The notes beneath the pieces are model-generated. The model saw only the letters and a list, made by a program, of their open reading frames with translations, was not told the origin of the DNA and did not search any database. Below are positions 1 through 14,500 of a stretch of 64,000 bases of DNA, piece by piece (position 1 is the first letter of the stretch; each line of letters opens with the position of its first letter). Both the position numbers and the translations under genes were made by a program. The stretch is taken from positions 2,604,001-2,668,000 of the forward strand of contig JBHGNT010000021.1 in NCBI GenBank assembly GCA_043228905.1. Reading direction: 5' to 3'. Source of the DNA: Azolla caroliniana (Eukaryota > Plantae > Polypodiophyta).

Positions 1-55
1 TTTACCTACTACGGGTACTACTGATAACAATATCACAGCTTCACAAGAGCATCAG

Positions 56-3000
56 ATGAATTCACATTCAGTTACATCTTCGGCCGTCACCTGGCCATTA
101 CAAGATCGGAGGTTTGAGAAAGACCCCCCTGAAATGGAAATGGTTTCACACTCAGCCGCCACTCTATCTCACCAAATATGGAAGAATTTCTCCCGAGATT
201 TAATTGCTGGTGGCTTAATGGGTGGCGTTGCCCATACAATCGTTGCTCCAATAGAGAGAACCAAATTGCTCCTACAGACACAGGATAGCAATATTGCCAT
301 CATGGGTGGCCACCATAAGCGATACAGTGGAATGCTAGATTGTATTGTCAGAGTTACAAGAGAAGAAGGGTTTTCCTCCCTCTGGAGAGGTAATGGTAGT
401 AGTGTCTTGCGATATTACCCGTCACTTGCCCTCAACTTCTCTTGCAAGGTAAACAAATTCTTTTTTTATTTCCCATTGCATACGAGCACTACACATTAAT
501 TAAAGTCTGCATGATTAGGATTTGCATTCATGTTTTTTTAATTTTGAATTGTGTTTTCTTATTTTGTTTTCCATACTTTGTTATGAGTGGTAGGGAGAAC
601 TACATTATTCGGAACTCTAGCCATCTACATGCATGAATCATTTAACATGTTAATTGAGGCTGGATAACGATTCCAAAAGTCCCATAGGTTTAAACATACC
701 CACAGAATCTAGATACTAACCTTTGCTTGCCCTGAACTTCCCTTGGATGGTGGATTTCGTAACTTGTTTGCTTGTTGGTTTTTACATCCTTCATATGAGT
801 AGTAGAGATAATGACAGTATTTGGGATTCTATCCTTCTACCCGTTTCAATTATTCAATCATGTTTATTAGGTTGAAATAATGCATTCCCATTACCTAAGT
901 TCCATTGATTCAAACATAGCCATAGATACTATCTATGCTGTCATCTTTAAAAAAAGAAGAAGAAGGTCAGTTTTCATTGACTTTGAATATTGTTTTCTTA
1001 TATTTTTGTGTTGTTAATGAGAATATGCGTAATTACAATCTGCATCATCAGAGACTCTACCTTTTCACATGATTTAATTAATTAATGATGTTCATTACAT
1101 TGAAAAAGAGAGTGCAACTCTAAGATAAAACATCATTTTAGTAACAAAATCTTGCCTCACTAAACAACATATGCTAATATGTTAATGCTTGATAGTTTAT
1201 ACTTAGCTATATCTAACAAAAAATCGTTAATGTTTTTGATCATATGAATATATATTTATTTATCAAGACATTGTGGTATGAAAGTAGACATATTAGTAGA
1301 ATTTCTAGCCATCTTTCTGTTTTACTTAATTAATCATGATTAAAAATGAGGCTAAAAGAGGGCAATAGTATGTTCCATTGATTCAAACTAATTGGGGCAG
1401 ATACTCGTGTTTTATTATGGTTTATTATTTGAGTCTTAGCTTTGGGCTACAGACTGGGGGGGGGGATAATTTCTTATTGTTATCCTCTGCTGTCAAGATC
1501 TAAAGATGTTCTCGTATGTTTCATAATACTTTGTACATATGCATGTTTTGTGTGAGTGTGTGAGACCACAAAACATACGTGGCACAGTGCTAATAAGTTA
1601 AGGTCTGTGGACCCAAGAAAATGTCATAAAAAAATGACAATCCTCCCATTCATGTGTAAGAGCACAATGTGACCAATACCTACTATATATGTATATAAAT
1701 CCTGCCTCTGTATTTAGTGGCCAAATATGTGTGTTTTTCTCGCATCTTCAATCTATGAACATGCATACTTTTTTCTTGAAACACAACATAGATATTCATA
1801 TTATTTCTCTTTTGAATTAAACTACAAGAATATGCTACAACCTCATGGCATATTAGGCTCTTATTTATAACTAGAAATCTTTGTAGACATTATAAAAAAT
1901 TTTCAAACTATTTGTAATGAACTCGGATATCACTAAATTTTTTACAGACAATGCGGGAATAGTGCCATCTAATCCAATTTGCCATTTGGGCATTTTAGAT
2001 GGGTCAGTCTTCATTGTTTTCTTAGTCAGGAAATTGTGATTTGGTACTGTGGTTCTTTGCTTAGTGTGCGTACATTGCCTTTGTAATAACCTTTATTTGC
2101 TTGCATATTTTCGATTTCCAGGGTATTCTTTACTCTTTTCTTGGGATGGGTTTAATTTTCCTCTTCTCTTGCTAGTTGGCTACTTCATTACCATCGAAAT
2201 TTCCTCTTATATCTTGAGCAGTGATGGAAATGGTAACCATTGGTTCTTTTATGAGCATAATGTACCCATTTTTTGTTACTCATGGGATACATAATAATAC
2301 ATACATGCCTTAATGTTTAGGCTGTGTGTCACCAATTTCTTTCACCTTAGTTTTTGGTTTAGGATCTGTGTAACATTGTGTCTTTTGACTTTGTGAACCA
2401 AATCATGAGTTTTATGACGAATTCAGTATTGTTTCACCTTGCAATGTGTTGTATCTGGATGTCTACAAATCACTATTACAACAACTTCCCATTTGCAATA
2501 ACTTCTCACTTGATTTGATGATGCAATTTAACATTGTTTGACTCCACAGTATTGTATCTGGATGTGTCCAGAAGGCTTAAATTAAAATTGGCTCTACATC
2601 CGCGACAATAGCCTTTTGTGCATTACTAGTTTAGCCAATCAGGGTGAGGTCCGAAATCATCAAGTTCAGCTCATTGAGAAACATGAAAATTTCTGATTTT
2701 CTCTGATTTGTGTTTCATTATTGTACACATTGTATTAAGAGTTTTTAGAGAGTCTGAGAATCAGAAAGTGAAGAACAAGTGAATATTTCTTGATACAACT
2801 TGGTTTGGTGGCCTTGTTTTGCATTTGTGCTTTGATCTAAAAAGTATATTTTCGTTTCATTCAGTTTGTAATATTTGTGTATGCACATATATACTTATAT
2901 ACATACATACAGATATTGTTTCTCCTTTTCTTTTTTGTGAATTTGCAATCATCAAGGTCATTATCAATCATAAAGGTGATAATGATCTTGCACTTGCTGA

Positions 3001-3828
3001 ATTGAAAACTCCTAAGGGTTTCAGTGAACTTGAATAATATTTTGCCTGTTCTAACCAGAAAGATATAACCAATGAATAAGACACCTTCCGTTTGGAGATT
3101 GTGCAGGAAATGCATATGCATATAAATTCACTTAAATAACCCATAATTTTATGGACATGCCATTTTAATGCCATTTTAACACATCTATTTCACAGGATTT
3201 GTACAGGACGATACTTACTTCGGGTCAGAAAAATGATGACATTATCAAATCAGCACAAAACAATTTCCTAGCCGGAGCATTAGCCGGATGTACAGCACTA
3301 GTGGTGGTATATCCATTAGATATAGCTCACACACGGATTGCAGCCGACATGGGTAGAGCCGAATCACGGCAATTCAAAGGATTACTCCATTTTATCAAGA
3401 CTATTCATAGCAAAGATGGTATCCGAGGCCTGTATAGAGGTTTACCAGCTTCTATCCATGGTATGATAGTGCATCGAGGAATATACTTTGGTGGCTTTGA
3501 TACTGCAAAAGAAGTGATGGCAAAAGATTCTATGGAGATTCCCTTTTGGAAGCGATGGTTGGCTGCCCAAATTGTCACAACTTCGGCTGGCTTGGTTTCA
3601 TACCCGCTCGATACTGTCCGGAGGCGAATGATGATGCAAGCAGGTTTGGAGCAACGACTTTATACTAATACATGGGATTGTTGGAGAAAACTATACCATA
3701 GAGAAGGTGTCCGTTCTTTCTATGGTGGCGCAGTTTCTAATATGTTTCGAGGAACTGGTGCTGCGTTGATCTTAGTTCTTTATGATGAGCTTAAACACTT
3801 CTTGGGGTGGACACTTCCAAGTTTATAG
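56..3828 (+). CDS. PM-ANT1: ADP/ATP carrier, PM-ANT1 (At5g56450)-like mitochondrial-carrier-family protein; exons 56-448 and 3196-3828
   Basis: Exon 1 ends ...LNFSCK|gt (449). Exon 2 starts after cag (3195) with DLYRTIL, in frame. It has three carrier repeats (PIERTK, PLDIAH, PLDTVR) and the AAC signature RRRMMM. Motifs LWRGNGSSVLRYYPS and GLPASIHG match the plant PM-ANT type from memory. Confidence 0.92.
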
Positions 3829-5459
3829 AATGGAAGGGAGTCTTGATATTGTGGTAATACTACTAAATTGTAGAACATAATTTAGTTCCCCCCCTGTTGG
3901 CCTTTGTTAAAGCATAAGAGATTTATGCTTCTACAGATATCACCATGCTGCTATCGGTGTTCTAAAAACCAAGTTTTATGATTCAGTTAAATTTGTACCA
4001 TTGTTGACTTCATGAGGATGTTGTTTGTTCTTCATGAATGTGGTGTATAAATTATTCAGCCTTTGAACGCTTACATCTCATTTGATGTCTTAGCTTGTTC
4101 TCAAAGAGGAGGTCCTTTGAAAAGTCCTTTGAGGCTTGCATCCACATATACATGAACAAAATCTCTATATAAAAATGATTGAGTTTCGAGTTCATAATAT
4201 TGAATTGTCGATATAAAAACTAACATTAAAGAATTGATGGATGCATGGACTACAATAGAGATTGTTGCGATAGATTGCTAATAATAGAATCAGTATTTCA
4301 ATACATTTTATTCACTTCAACATGGCTTGATGCCTATTCCTTAGAATAAGTGCCACGATTTTTAGACTAGGTTGTCCTTACATTGGTACATCAAAATCAA
4401 ACTTTACATTTCCCCATTACCTCATGCTAATTGAGGTGTTCTCACTTCTTATGGAAGCAACATTGGAAAATATAAAACACCACAATGTGAGTTAACTTAC
4501 TTAGGCTTAGTTCACAATTATATATTATGTGAGATGGGCATTCATTGGGGGCATAGATGAAGACTCCTCAATTGTACATGTTTTTCTTTGACCAAGTTCA
4601 CTAGTTTGAGTATCATACTCTATTACAATGCACCACATTTGGATCATGTTGGAGTTTGCTTTCTCCACATTTGCTATCTTGACCTATACTTGGACATAAT
4701 TCTTTCTCAGTCACATTGTGCACTCTTTATTTTGGCAAGGTAATATTTTGCCAAAACATAACCCTTAGGGAATTACTCTTAATAAACATGGGAAAGTTTT
4801 GATATCACCCTTAATGAATGGGATATTATTATTTTTGCAGATTATATATTGCCAAAAAATAAGCCTTATGTTCATTGTTAACATGAATAGGCAATGAATG
4901 TTTATATTTATTAATGATAATTAGGGCAAAGGTCTAAAATTCCCTAGAGTTTGTTTTTCATAAATTTCTCAGTGCCCTTCGATCATATCATCTCAAGCAA
5001 TTCTATGGCCAATCATCTGTGTTTTCGTTGAAACTTGAGATAGCAACATAATTGGGGGGTTTGAGACAAGGGCATCGCGAGAAATAACAGAAATTTAGGG
5101 GAGGGCATCGGGGGAAAATAATAGGAAGTTGCTTCCGAGAAACTCAACAAAGAGAAGAACGCCAACAGTGACGAGGACAGGACGTCGGAGATCCCACAGA
5201 TTTTCGTTTCTCTCCACGTTCGCCGAACTTCCAAACTCGTAAGCCTTCTCCTTCTCCTCTCCAAGTATTTTGATCTGTAATCAGTCTTATTTCTGATTAG
5301 AAATCCAAGTTATGGCTTCTGTTTTCGACTCTTGGATTGTGGATAGATCAGCAGATAGATCCAACAACGAGGTTTTAGATCAACCTCTTGTCTCTAAGTA
5401 AGAGAAAGGTTGATTCTGTGTGATTACGAATAGTTTATAATTTGAATAGTATGTGCTTA

Positions 5460-6480
5460 AAATGGTAAAATTTGAGTACTCGTGTGGTTTTCAACAACGA
5501 AGAAAATCAGCTGGAAATGGAGCAAAATAAGCAGTTCGATCGGAAGATTAGGTTGAAATATTTGCGTAATATGTGATTGTGCAATTTTAAAGTTGATACA
5601 TGGAGATAAAACAGAAAACTAGACAAGAAAATCGCGAGTTTTGGGCAATAATCATTGTTTTGAGTGCATGAAATTGTGCAAATTGGATATCACGGATGAA
5701 AATCAGCTGGAAATGGAGCAAACTAAGCCAATGTATCATAAGATTTAGGTAATAATCTTACAGGAAGTTGAGTAATCTGTGACTGTGCATGGTAACTTGA
5801 TAGCAAGAAGAGAAAAGCAGATGGAATTAGAGCAAACCAAGCAGCTATATCATAAATTTTAACCAAAAATTTTGATTTTTGAGTAAAAGAATTGAGAAAT
5901 CAGTTACACATGGTGAATTTGAACCTAGAAATAAAAAACAGCTGGAAATGTAGTAAAATAAGCAGGTAGATCATAACTTTTAAGTTGAATCTTACAAGAA
6001 GCTGAGTAAGCTGTGATTGCACTTGGTCACTTTGATAGCAAGAAGGCAAAAACAGATGGAATTGGAGCAAATGAAGCAGCTACATCATGAGGTTAGCGTA
6101 GAGTCTTAATTTTTGATTAAAAAATGTTGAAACATCAAGTTCACACACATGATAAAATGTGAAACCAAAAAGGCAAAAACAGCTAAACATGAAGTATACT
6201 GAGCAGCTCTATCACATGCTCTAGGTTATAATCTTGGTTCCGGATACAAAACGTTGAAAACGTCCTTGCTTACCACATGATAGCTTTCACAGCAAGGAGG
6301 TAAATCAGCTGAAAATGGAGCAAAACTAAGCTAGGTCAGCAAGTTTTTTGGTTAAAGTCTTGTTTTTTGAGTACGAGTAGTTCAAATAATCTTGTGGTTA
6401 TAGATTGTAAAATTGATAACTAGAAGGGAACATATATAGCTAGGTCAGCAAGATCTTTGGTTGAAGTCTTGATTCCATGT
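5460..6480. repeat. Degenerate tandem repeat, unit about 115-125 bp
   Basis: Core aaaa(t/a)cagctggaaatggagcaaa..aagcag recurs at about 5503, 5699, 5814, 5934, 6048, 6175 and 6302. Confidence 0.75.
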
Positions 6481-6534
6481 AGAAAACAGAGAGTACTGTG
6501 TAATGAGTGTCGTCAATGGAGAGGGTGATTGAAT

Positions 6535-9500
6535 TGTTGGGAATAAAGGGCCATCGTGCCTTTTATTAGTGCACGGGTGTGAACACCCTCGTAGCACATT
6601 TTGACTTGTATATACATATATATCTAAACCCCCCCAAAAAGTGGTACACTCTTTGTACCCAAGACAACATGCATCTCTCTCTCTCTCTCCCTTTGTCTCT
6701 CACTCAGACTCTCTCTCTCTCTCTCTCTGGTTGACCTAAAACCCTAATCCTCGTGCTGCCCTTCAAATTGGTATAAGAGCGAAGCAGGTTAGAGCAGGTC
6801 ACGTTTTTTTTTACCCCATAGAGCAAGTTGTTCTTTTTGTAGAGCAGGTCACGTTTTTTTTGCAGAGCAAGTCTTTTTTTCTGCAGAGCACGTCACTTTT
6901 TGACTGTGTACAGTACAAACATCTTGTAGGCTTTGATAGTGTGGATCAAATATTTTTTTCGCCCGTGGATGTTGTACACAACATGTACAACAGATATTGC
7001 CTCTAAAAATTTATCTGCAGATATGAAATTTTATGTTTTTTTTCTAGTATGGCTATATATCTTTGGTTGGTACTTGTTTGTACCTTAGTTCACTTGTGTG
7101 AGAGTCTAGGCTTGGTTTTTTTTTTGGCTTAAGTTTTAGTCCTCCTTTTGGGCTAAAAATCATGATTGGTAGCAGTGACGATAGCCATCTTATGCACATC
7201 AAGAAGCTTGAGGGTGCACATAATTTTGCGATGTGGAAAAAGCAATGCTATAACATCCTGCTGCAGAAGAAGCATGCAAAGCCTATTAAAGTCAAAGGGG
7301 TAAAGCCTACAAATATAGACCAAGATGATTGGCTAGAGTTGAACGAGCTTGCACGCTCGACTATTGAGTTGTCAATTTTTGATGCCTTGCTATTTAATAT
7401 TGAAGGTTTGGACACTGCATATTCTATATCGACTAGACTAGAGGAACTGTATACCCAGAAGACGACAACAAACAAAGTTTATTGGCTTAATAAACTTATG
7501 GACTTGCGCACGAAAGAGGGCACACTCATCTCAACTCACCTGAGTGAGTTCAATTCTATTTTCAGCCACCTGGTTGCCTTGAAATTCATCATTGATTATG
7601 AGTTTAAGGCCACGTTTTTACTTTACACCTTGCCAAAATGTTGGGATACTTTCAGGACTGCTATGAGCAATTCAAATGCGATGCTTCTCTATGCCGATGT
7701 AGGGAGTTCTCTACTCACGGAAGAGATGAGTCGGCAGAACAATGCATCCAATAAGTCCTCTAGTGTGTTGCATACTAGGGGTAGGTCACAATAGAGAGGC
7801 AAATTTGATAGTTATGGCCGCAATAAATCACGTGGTTAAGATGTAGAATGCCATCACTGTGGCCAAAAGGGTCACTTTAAACGTGATTGTTTCAAATGGA
7901 AATGATGTACTCTTTGTCTCTTCATGCCATAGAGAACATGCTTTACTTGCAGATACGGATGGTGACATGCACACTTGGATACTCGATTCCGGTGCTTCCT
8001 TTCACGTCACCCCTCATCGTGAGTGTTTTTTAGATTACACAGGGGGTCGACATGGTGTTGTCCATCTTGAGGACAACTATGCATGTGAAATTGCAGGTAT
8101 TGGCACTATGCAATTACAGTTTCAGCATGGTTCTGCTTTCACACTTCAGCATGTACGGCATGTACCTCAGCTCAAGAAGAGCTTGATTAGCACAGGACAG
8201 CTAGATGATGATGGATTTCACACCACCTTTGGTGATGGGAAATGGAAGTTTTGTAAGGGATCTAGAGTTATTGCCAAGGGTAGTAAAAGTGATACTTTGT
8301 ATCCTCTCCATGTATCTAGTGTGAGTGACCATGTTGTTGCCGTAACCGAGCAGCCAAGTGTTTCTTTGTGGCATGGCCGGTTGGGACACATGAGTGAAAC
8401 TGGTATGAAAGAACTTTCTCGTTTGGATTACTTGCCTTGTCTTCGTGTGCTGATTTTGAGCATCATTATCATTGTATTTATGGTAAACATGTATAAACAT
8501 CTCATAAAAAGTCTCTTTCACTGAAATCTTCCCCGCTTGAGTTAGTACATTCAGATGTATGTTAGATGCTAGGGCTATCATTAGGGGGAAAGAAATACTT
8601 AGTCACTTTTGTCGATGATGCTACACGGAAGGTATGGGTTTACCCTATTCGTAGCAAGGATGAAGTGCTTGACAAGTTTCAAACATTATTGGTATTAGTT
8701 GAGAATCAAATTGATAAGACATTTAAGTGTCTTCGCTCTGACAATGGTGGGGAATATGTGTCCAAGGCTTTTCAAGCATTTTGTGACAGCAAAGGGATAA
8801 AGATGGAACTCACTGCCTCTTATAATCCACCCCAAAATGGAGTTGCAGAGCGTAGGAATCAGACTATTCAAGATAGGGTCCGTACTATGCTGTCTCATGC
8901 TGCGTTACCCCATGGTTTTTGGGCAGAGGCTGTTATGACAGCTGTTCACCTGATTAATCGGTCACCTAACAGGTGTTTGGGAGGGGGAATACCCCAAGAA
9001 GCGTGGTCGGGCAAGCCACCTTCATATGCTCACTTGAGAGTGTTTGGCTGTGAGGCTTTTGTGCACATTCGTAAAGAAGAACGCAACAAACTTGAGCCAA
9101 AGTCCCGCAAATGTATTTTCCTAGGATACGGTGACGAGGGTGAAATGGGCTATAGATTGTGGGATCCCGAGAAAAGAAAAATAGTATGCAGCAATGATAT
9201 TATCTTCCGGGAAAATCGTATACATAAACAACCCGAAATGTCTGAGGAAGTACGTAGGGTTGTATTCCGAGAAGAAATACCTTTTAGACAGGAAAATGTG
9301 CCCACTGTACAGCAGCAAACACCTGCTGTAAACTTACCTGCAACTGCAGAAAATGAGGTTGGAAATGATCAGCCAGCCTTTGCCAATAATGATGAGCCAC
9401 CAAATGTGCAGGAACGGCTAGAACAGCAAGCTGTTAATGCTGATTTGCAGGCTGAAATGCCTGAACAGCAAGATGAAAATGATGATTTGTAGGCTCAACA

Positions 9501-10730
9501 GCTACCAAACAATGAGCATTGGGTTAGGAGATCGTCTAGAGTTAGTAGACAGGATGACAGATTTGTTCCTGATGCAAACAGTGTGGCTGATTATGTCATG
9601 GTGACTGATTGTGGTGAACCTTCTTGCTTCAAGGAAGCAATGGACAGACAGGACAATAAGAAATGGTATAAAGCCATGTTGTCAGAAATGGAATCTCTTG
9701 AGAAAAATGACACTTGGGATTTGGTGCAGTTGCCTAAAGGGCAGAAAACACTTCCATGCAAATGGGTTTATAAAATCAAGGTCATTTCTGATTCCTCGCC
9801 AAAGTACAAAGCACGATTGGTTGCAAAAGGATACAAGCAGGAATATGGGGTTGATTTTGATGAGATCTTCTTGCCTGTAGTCAAGATGACTACATTAAGA
9901 ACCATTTTGGGCTTAGTCGCAGCTGAAGATATGGAGCTCATACTGATGGATGTGAAGACCGCCTTTTTACATGGTGATCTGCATGAAGACATATATATGC
10001 AGCAGCCTGAAGGTTTTGTGGCTAAAGGCAAAGAGAAGATGGTTTGTAAGCTCAGAAGGAGTTTGTATGGGTTGAAACAAGCACCAAGAGAATGGTATCA
10101 TAAATTTGATACATTTATGCAGTCTCAAGGTTTTCGTAGAAGTCAAGTGGACCACTGCTTGTACATCAAGAAGGCAGGAGATGGCAGCCTTATTAGCTTG
10201 GTGTTGTATGTTGATGATATGTTGATTGCTGGCAAGGATATTCATGCCTTGGATTCATTGAAGCAAAGCCTTCATGGCAGCTTTGATATGAAGGATCTTG
10301 GTGATGCAAATCACATCCTTGGCATGCGAATAGTTCGAAACCGGTCGAAAGGGATACTCTTTCTATCTCAGCAGGAGTATATCTCTAAGGTTTTGCAGCG
10401 TTTCAATATGGAGGGGGGGAAAACAATTGGGGTTCCATTGCCTCCAAATTTGAAACTCAGTGCAGAAGACAACCCTACATATGATCATGATAAGGCTGAA
10501 ATGGCTAAGGTTCCATATGCTTCAGCCGTTGGCAGTTTGATATATGCGATGGTTGCTACATGCCCTGATATTGCTTTTGCAGTGGGAGTGGTTAGTAGGT
10601 ACATGGAAAATCCTGGAAAAAAGCATTGGGAAGTGGTGAAAGGTATTATGCGATACCTGAAAGGCACAAAGGACTTGTGCATTTGCTTTGGAAAGCAAAA
10701 GGCATCTGTCGTTGGTTTTACGGATGCGGT
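6535..10730 (+). mobile_element. Ty1/copia LTR retrotransposon (Tnt1/Tork-like), 3'-truncated and degenerate
   Basis: Probable 5' LTR ~6535-6765 (TG...CA, start uncertain) and Met-type PBS tggtataagagc at 6769. Gag 7162-7794, zinc knuckle CHHCGQKGHFKRDC ~7850-7890, protease WILDSGASFH, pre-integrase LWHGRLGHMS, integrase 8566-9492, RT with YVDDML 9583-10752. Homology stops at GFTDA, the start of RNase H. No 3' LTR. Several stops and frameshifts. Confidence 0.93.
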
Positions 10731-10849
10731 TTGCTTAGGAGCTCTGTTGTAATCATGCTTTGGCACTGGTAAAAAAAATATAATCTCTTTCTTTTCCATT
10801 GTCTCTCTGTGTTTGTGATTCATTTGTACATTGCCTATATTTCACAAAA

Positions 10850-11250
10850 TAGTTAGCATGTGCATGGTAAATTTGATAGCAAGAAGAAAAACGTAGATGT
10901 GAGTGTCTAGATCTGAGATTCAGGCTAAACTCTTGGTTTTCAGTTAAAGAAGTTTGAGTGATCATGTGCTATCTGTGGTAAATTTCATAAGATGGAAAAT
11001 CATTTGCGACTTTATAGGTTAACATCTTTGTTCTGAGAAGAAAAAGTTGAGTAATCATATTTTCCGGAGAAGGAAAATCATCTACAAATGGAGAAAACTA
11101 AGCAGGTTGATCACAAATTTAGGTTACAAATATTTTTTCTGGGTACAAAGGAATTGAGTACTTGTGTAATTAACATGGTAAATCTTGATAGCAAGAAAAA
11201 ATGTCTGATGAAAATAGAGCAAAACTAAGTTGGTCTAACTAGAAGATCTT
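10850..11250. repeat. Continuation of the ~120-bp degenerate tandem repeat beyond the copia fragment
   Basis: The same motifs (catggtaaatttgatagcaagaa; aaatggagaaaactaagcagg; aaaatagagcaaaactaag) recur at about 10862, 11075 and 11175-11230. Confidence 0.65.
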
Positions 11251-11551
11251 TTGCATGCTCCTAATGTATTATGTGTCTTGTAGAAAGAGACATCACCTGA
11301 TTAGCAAAGATTTTATCGTCAAATATATCTATTGGAACAAGCTGAGTTTTCATGGGATATATATCTGTATCAAAATGGACACATTTTCTTATCAAGTCCC
11401 GTTTTTGCAGATATGGCACATGCTTAGACATGTTTTTTATATTTAAATGCGATAACTGAAGGATCTTGAGCTATCAAGCAGAAACGGATATTATCAGAAG
11501 AATTGACCACAATATTCGACACTTTATGAGAGATTTTGTCAATAGGATACC

Positions 11552-14500
11552 ATGATCTCTCAGTTCTATGTTCTCTCACTTCGAGGGGACAATATCATCT
11601 TTAGAGACTGTAAGCTGGCAAAAATATATATTCATTTTTTTGAGTTTTATCTGAACTTTTTCTAGTTCTTTTAACAATGTATTTACTGTACTGTAGATCA
11701 TGCGGATGTCCCTAAAAGCAGTGCAGAAGTATTCTTTCGCAATGTGAAGTTTTGGAAAGGAGAAGAAGGAGAGGAGGCACCGCCTATATTTGTGAGTTTT
11801 TGGTAGCTCCACTTAAGAATGATTCTTGAAATACGCCATTCTGATAATTTAGCGTAGTTCCGCTTAAGAATTATCCCTGAATTTCTCAATTGTGATTAAA
11901 CTAGAACCAAGAGACGTTTTCTGTATGTGAAAATGGAGTTTGACATGCATTTGGTAAATTGCTTGATTATGATACATTTATCGTCGCATTGTTGAGCTTT
12001 GTTGGCACTCACTTGCTGCAAATCCCCAAGCCTCTAATTTTCTTGCTACAATGCCACAAACTTGGTTGCAAGGCTCTCTTGCTCGGATAGAACACATATG
12101 TATTCCTGAAAAGGGGAAAGGAAATTTTGGTTCAAACTGTCAAGGATCAGAACCAAAAACAATACCAAATCTGGAAAGGAAAGTAAGAAAAGGAAGTGTT
12201 ATTATAAATAAGAACAAGAAGTGCAAGGCTACAGCGAATCAACAGGAAGGTTTTGACAATATTGAGATTTTCCATAAGAGGATCCCTGTATGCAGCCGTC
12301 TAGCTATTATGCAGTCTTATCACTTGGCTATTGTGCATGCTCACCACTTGTGTATTGTGCATGCTTGTCACTGGTGGTCATGTATAGTTAGAAGCCACTG
12401 GCGATAATGCACAACGAATCTGCCAGCTAGAAGCAATCTTTGTGACAACAAGCTTTGGTAGTACAACGTTCTCCCAAGGAACCAAATATCAGTTTCCTAA
12501 GGAAGTTCAATAGTAGGTACTCTCAATTCTGGGAATTGCTAAACCATATGCTTTTGGTGATTCAGATGCATCACACCGATATATTTTAACAAAAGTGATA
12601 TTCTCTGTAAGACGAGAAAACATTGTAAAATGTAACCTCCTGTTTGGTTTTATAGGTCATTTTGGCCTCTTAAAAGACATTAATGTAGCTTTCTTCTTTT
12701 TAACATTGGTGTGATGAATCTTCCTGTCCATGAGCAAATAGAACGGAGATAGGCAGATATGCATGGCAGAATGGATTTTTCAGTTGTGCCCTGAGGGCTG
12801 GAATTGGAAAAGCAATATGTTCTTTGTAGAATAAGAGGGAGATATCACTACCACTATGTAAGGTAATGAAAAATGAAGATCGATGGTGATTGACACTATT
12901 CTTGCAGGACTCAAAAGATGAAAGGACAACAATACAGCCACAACAAAGATCTGACACGACTTTCTTTAGCTGTATCACTCCTTCTCATGGTACAAGTTAA
13001 TCAAGGGCTACACAAGTGGGACCTCAACCAAAACACTCGAAAGGGGTTACAACAATAGATCGGGCAATATTTAGACCATGACAATTTGAACTATCGTTCC
13101 ATTGCCTTCGCCACCGACAAATGAGGACATTACATCCTGGCACCAATGGTGGTTCCCTTGCGTTCGACATCTGTCTATCTTGGAGTGGGCCATGTTGGAG
13201 ATATTTCGAAAGCAGAATTTTCAGACTATCTAAGTTCAGAATTTTCAGACTTAGATACTAGATTCTTTAGTACCCTATATATAGTTATATTTATTTTGAT
13301 TTGCTCTTAAAGATTAAACAACATTTTATGATATATCTTGTTGGGCTTAGAGTTTATTTATTTGTAAGTTCAAACTCTGTGTTACTGTCAAATTAGTGTT
13401 CTCATTTCATATCCATTTACTTGATTGTGCAGGTTTATTTTTCTTCTTAAAATTTGGGGTTGAATTCCATTACTATACATTATATTTTTTTGTCACTCCT
13501 GAAGTGGTTGTGGTTCTAACATTGCATTTATTAATGTTTTTGGGGTTTTGTGAGCAATCCTTCTCGTACATGTTGGATAATGTTTCTATATCTTATTTGC
13601 TGCTGCAGAATGTGGATGGAGTGAACTATTTTCATGTGAAGGTTGCAGGGTTGCTATTTGTGGCAACATCGAGGGTCAATGTGTCACCTTCTCTTATACT
13701 GGAGTTATTGCAGCGCATTGTCCGTGTAGCCAAAGACTATCTAGGTGTCCTCAATGAAGAATCGTTGCGGAAAAATTTTGTGCTAGTTTATGAACTGCTT
13801 GATGAAATGATAGTGAGTATTTCCTTTAGTGTGCTAGTGCTCTATTGTTTGAATTTTATTTGGGTTGCCACATATTAACTTTGCGTTTTCAACTGTGAAG
13901 GATTTTGGGTACCCACAGACAACATCGACAGAGGTTTTGAAGTCATACATATTCAACGAACCGATTGCCCTTGATGTCGCACGGATTCCAAATCTTGGTG
14001 CTGCGTCCATGTTTATGGTGATACTTCTTATATGTGAATGTTCTTTTTATTACATGTTTTTGAAAGAATTTTAGTTGCCTCTTATTCTACAGATTTCACT
14101 CCTCTTGGTTGTACCTTTTGTGCTTGACAAGCTAGTCCATGGATTAGCTGTACTGACTGATCTATTTTTTAGGTACTTATGTAAATTTATGTGATGTATA
14201 TATCACCCCTTCCCCTATCCAGATTCTAGAAAATGAAATGTCCTTGGTGTAATGGCACTGACATATTTCAATGGATGGATGAACATTTGTAACTTGCTTC
14301 TCCATAGTGCCTATTTGCTAAATATGGACACTGAAATTTCTGAAGACGAGCAGTTTTGAAAAAGAAAAATCATCTTAGTTAGCAGAAATTTTGTTTTGAA
14401 ATGCTCATATTTTGCTCATTACAAGGTTTTACTTCAATACCACAGGAATTTAGTCTCTTTTAAATTAAAGTATAAAATTAGAATATCCCATATTCTTCCT

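Noticed and set aside
5460-6480. Spaced repeats resembling a CRISPR array
   Set aside because: The context is eukaryotic, the 'spacers' are homologous to each other, and there are no cas genes. It is a degenerate tandem repeat.
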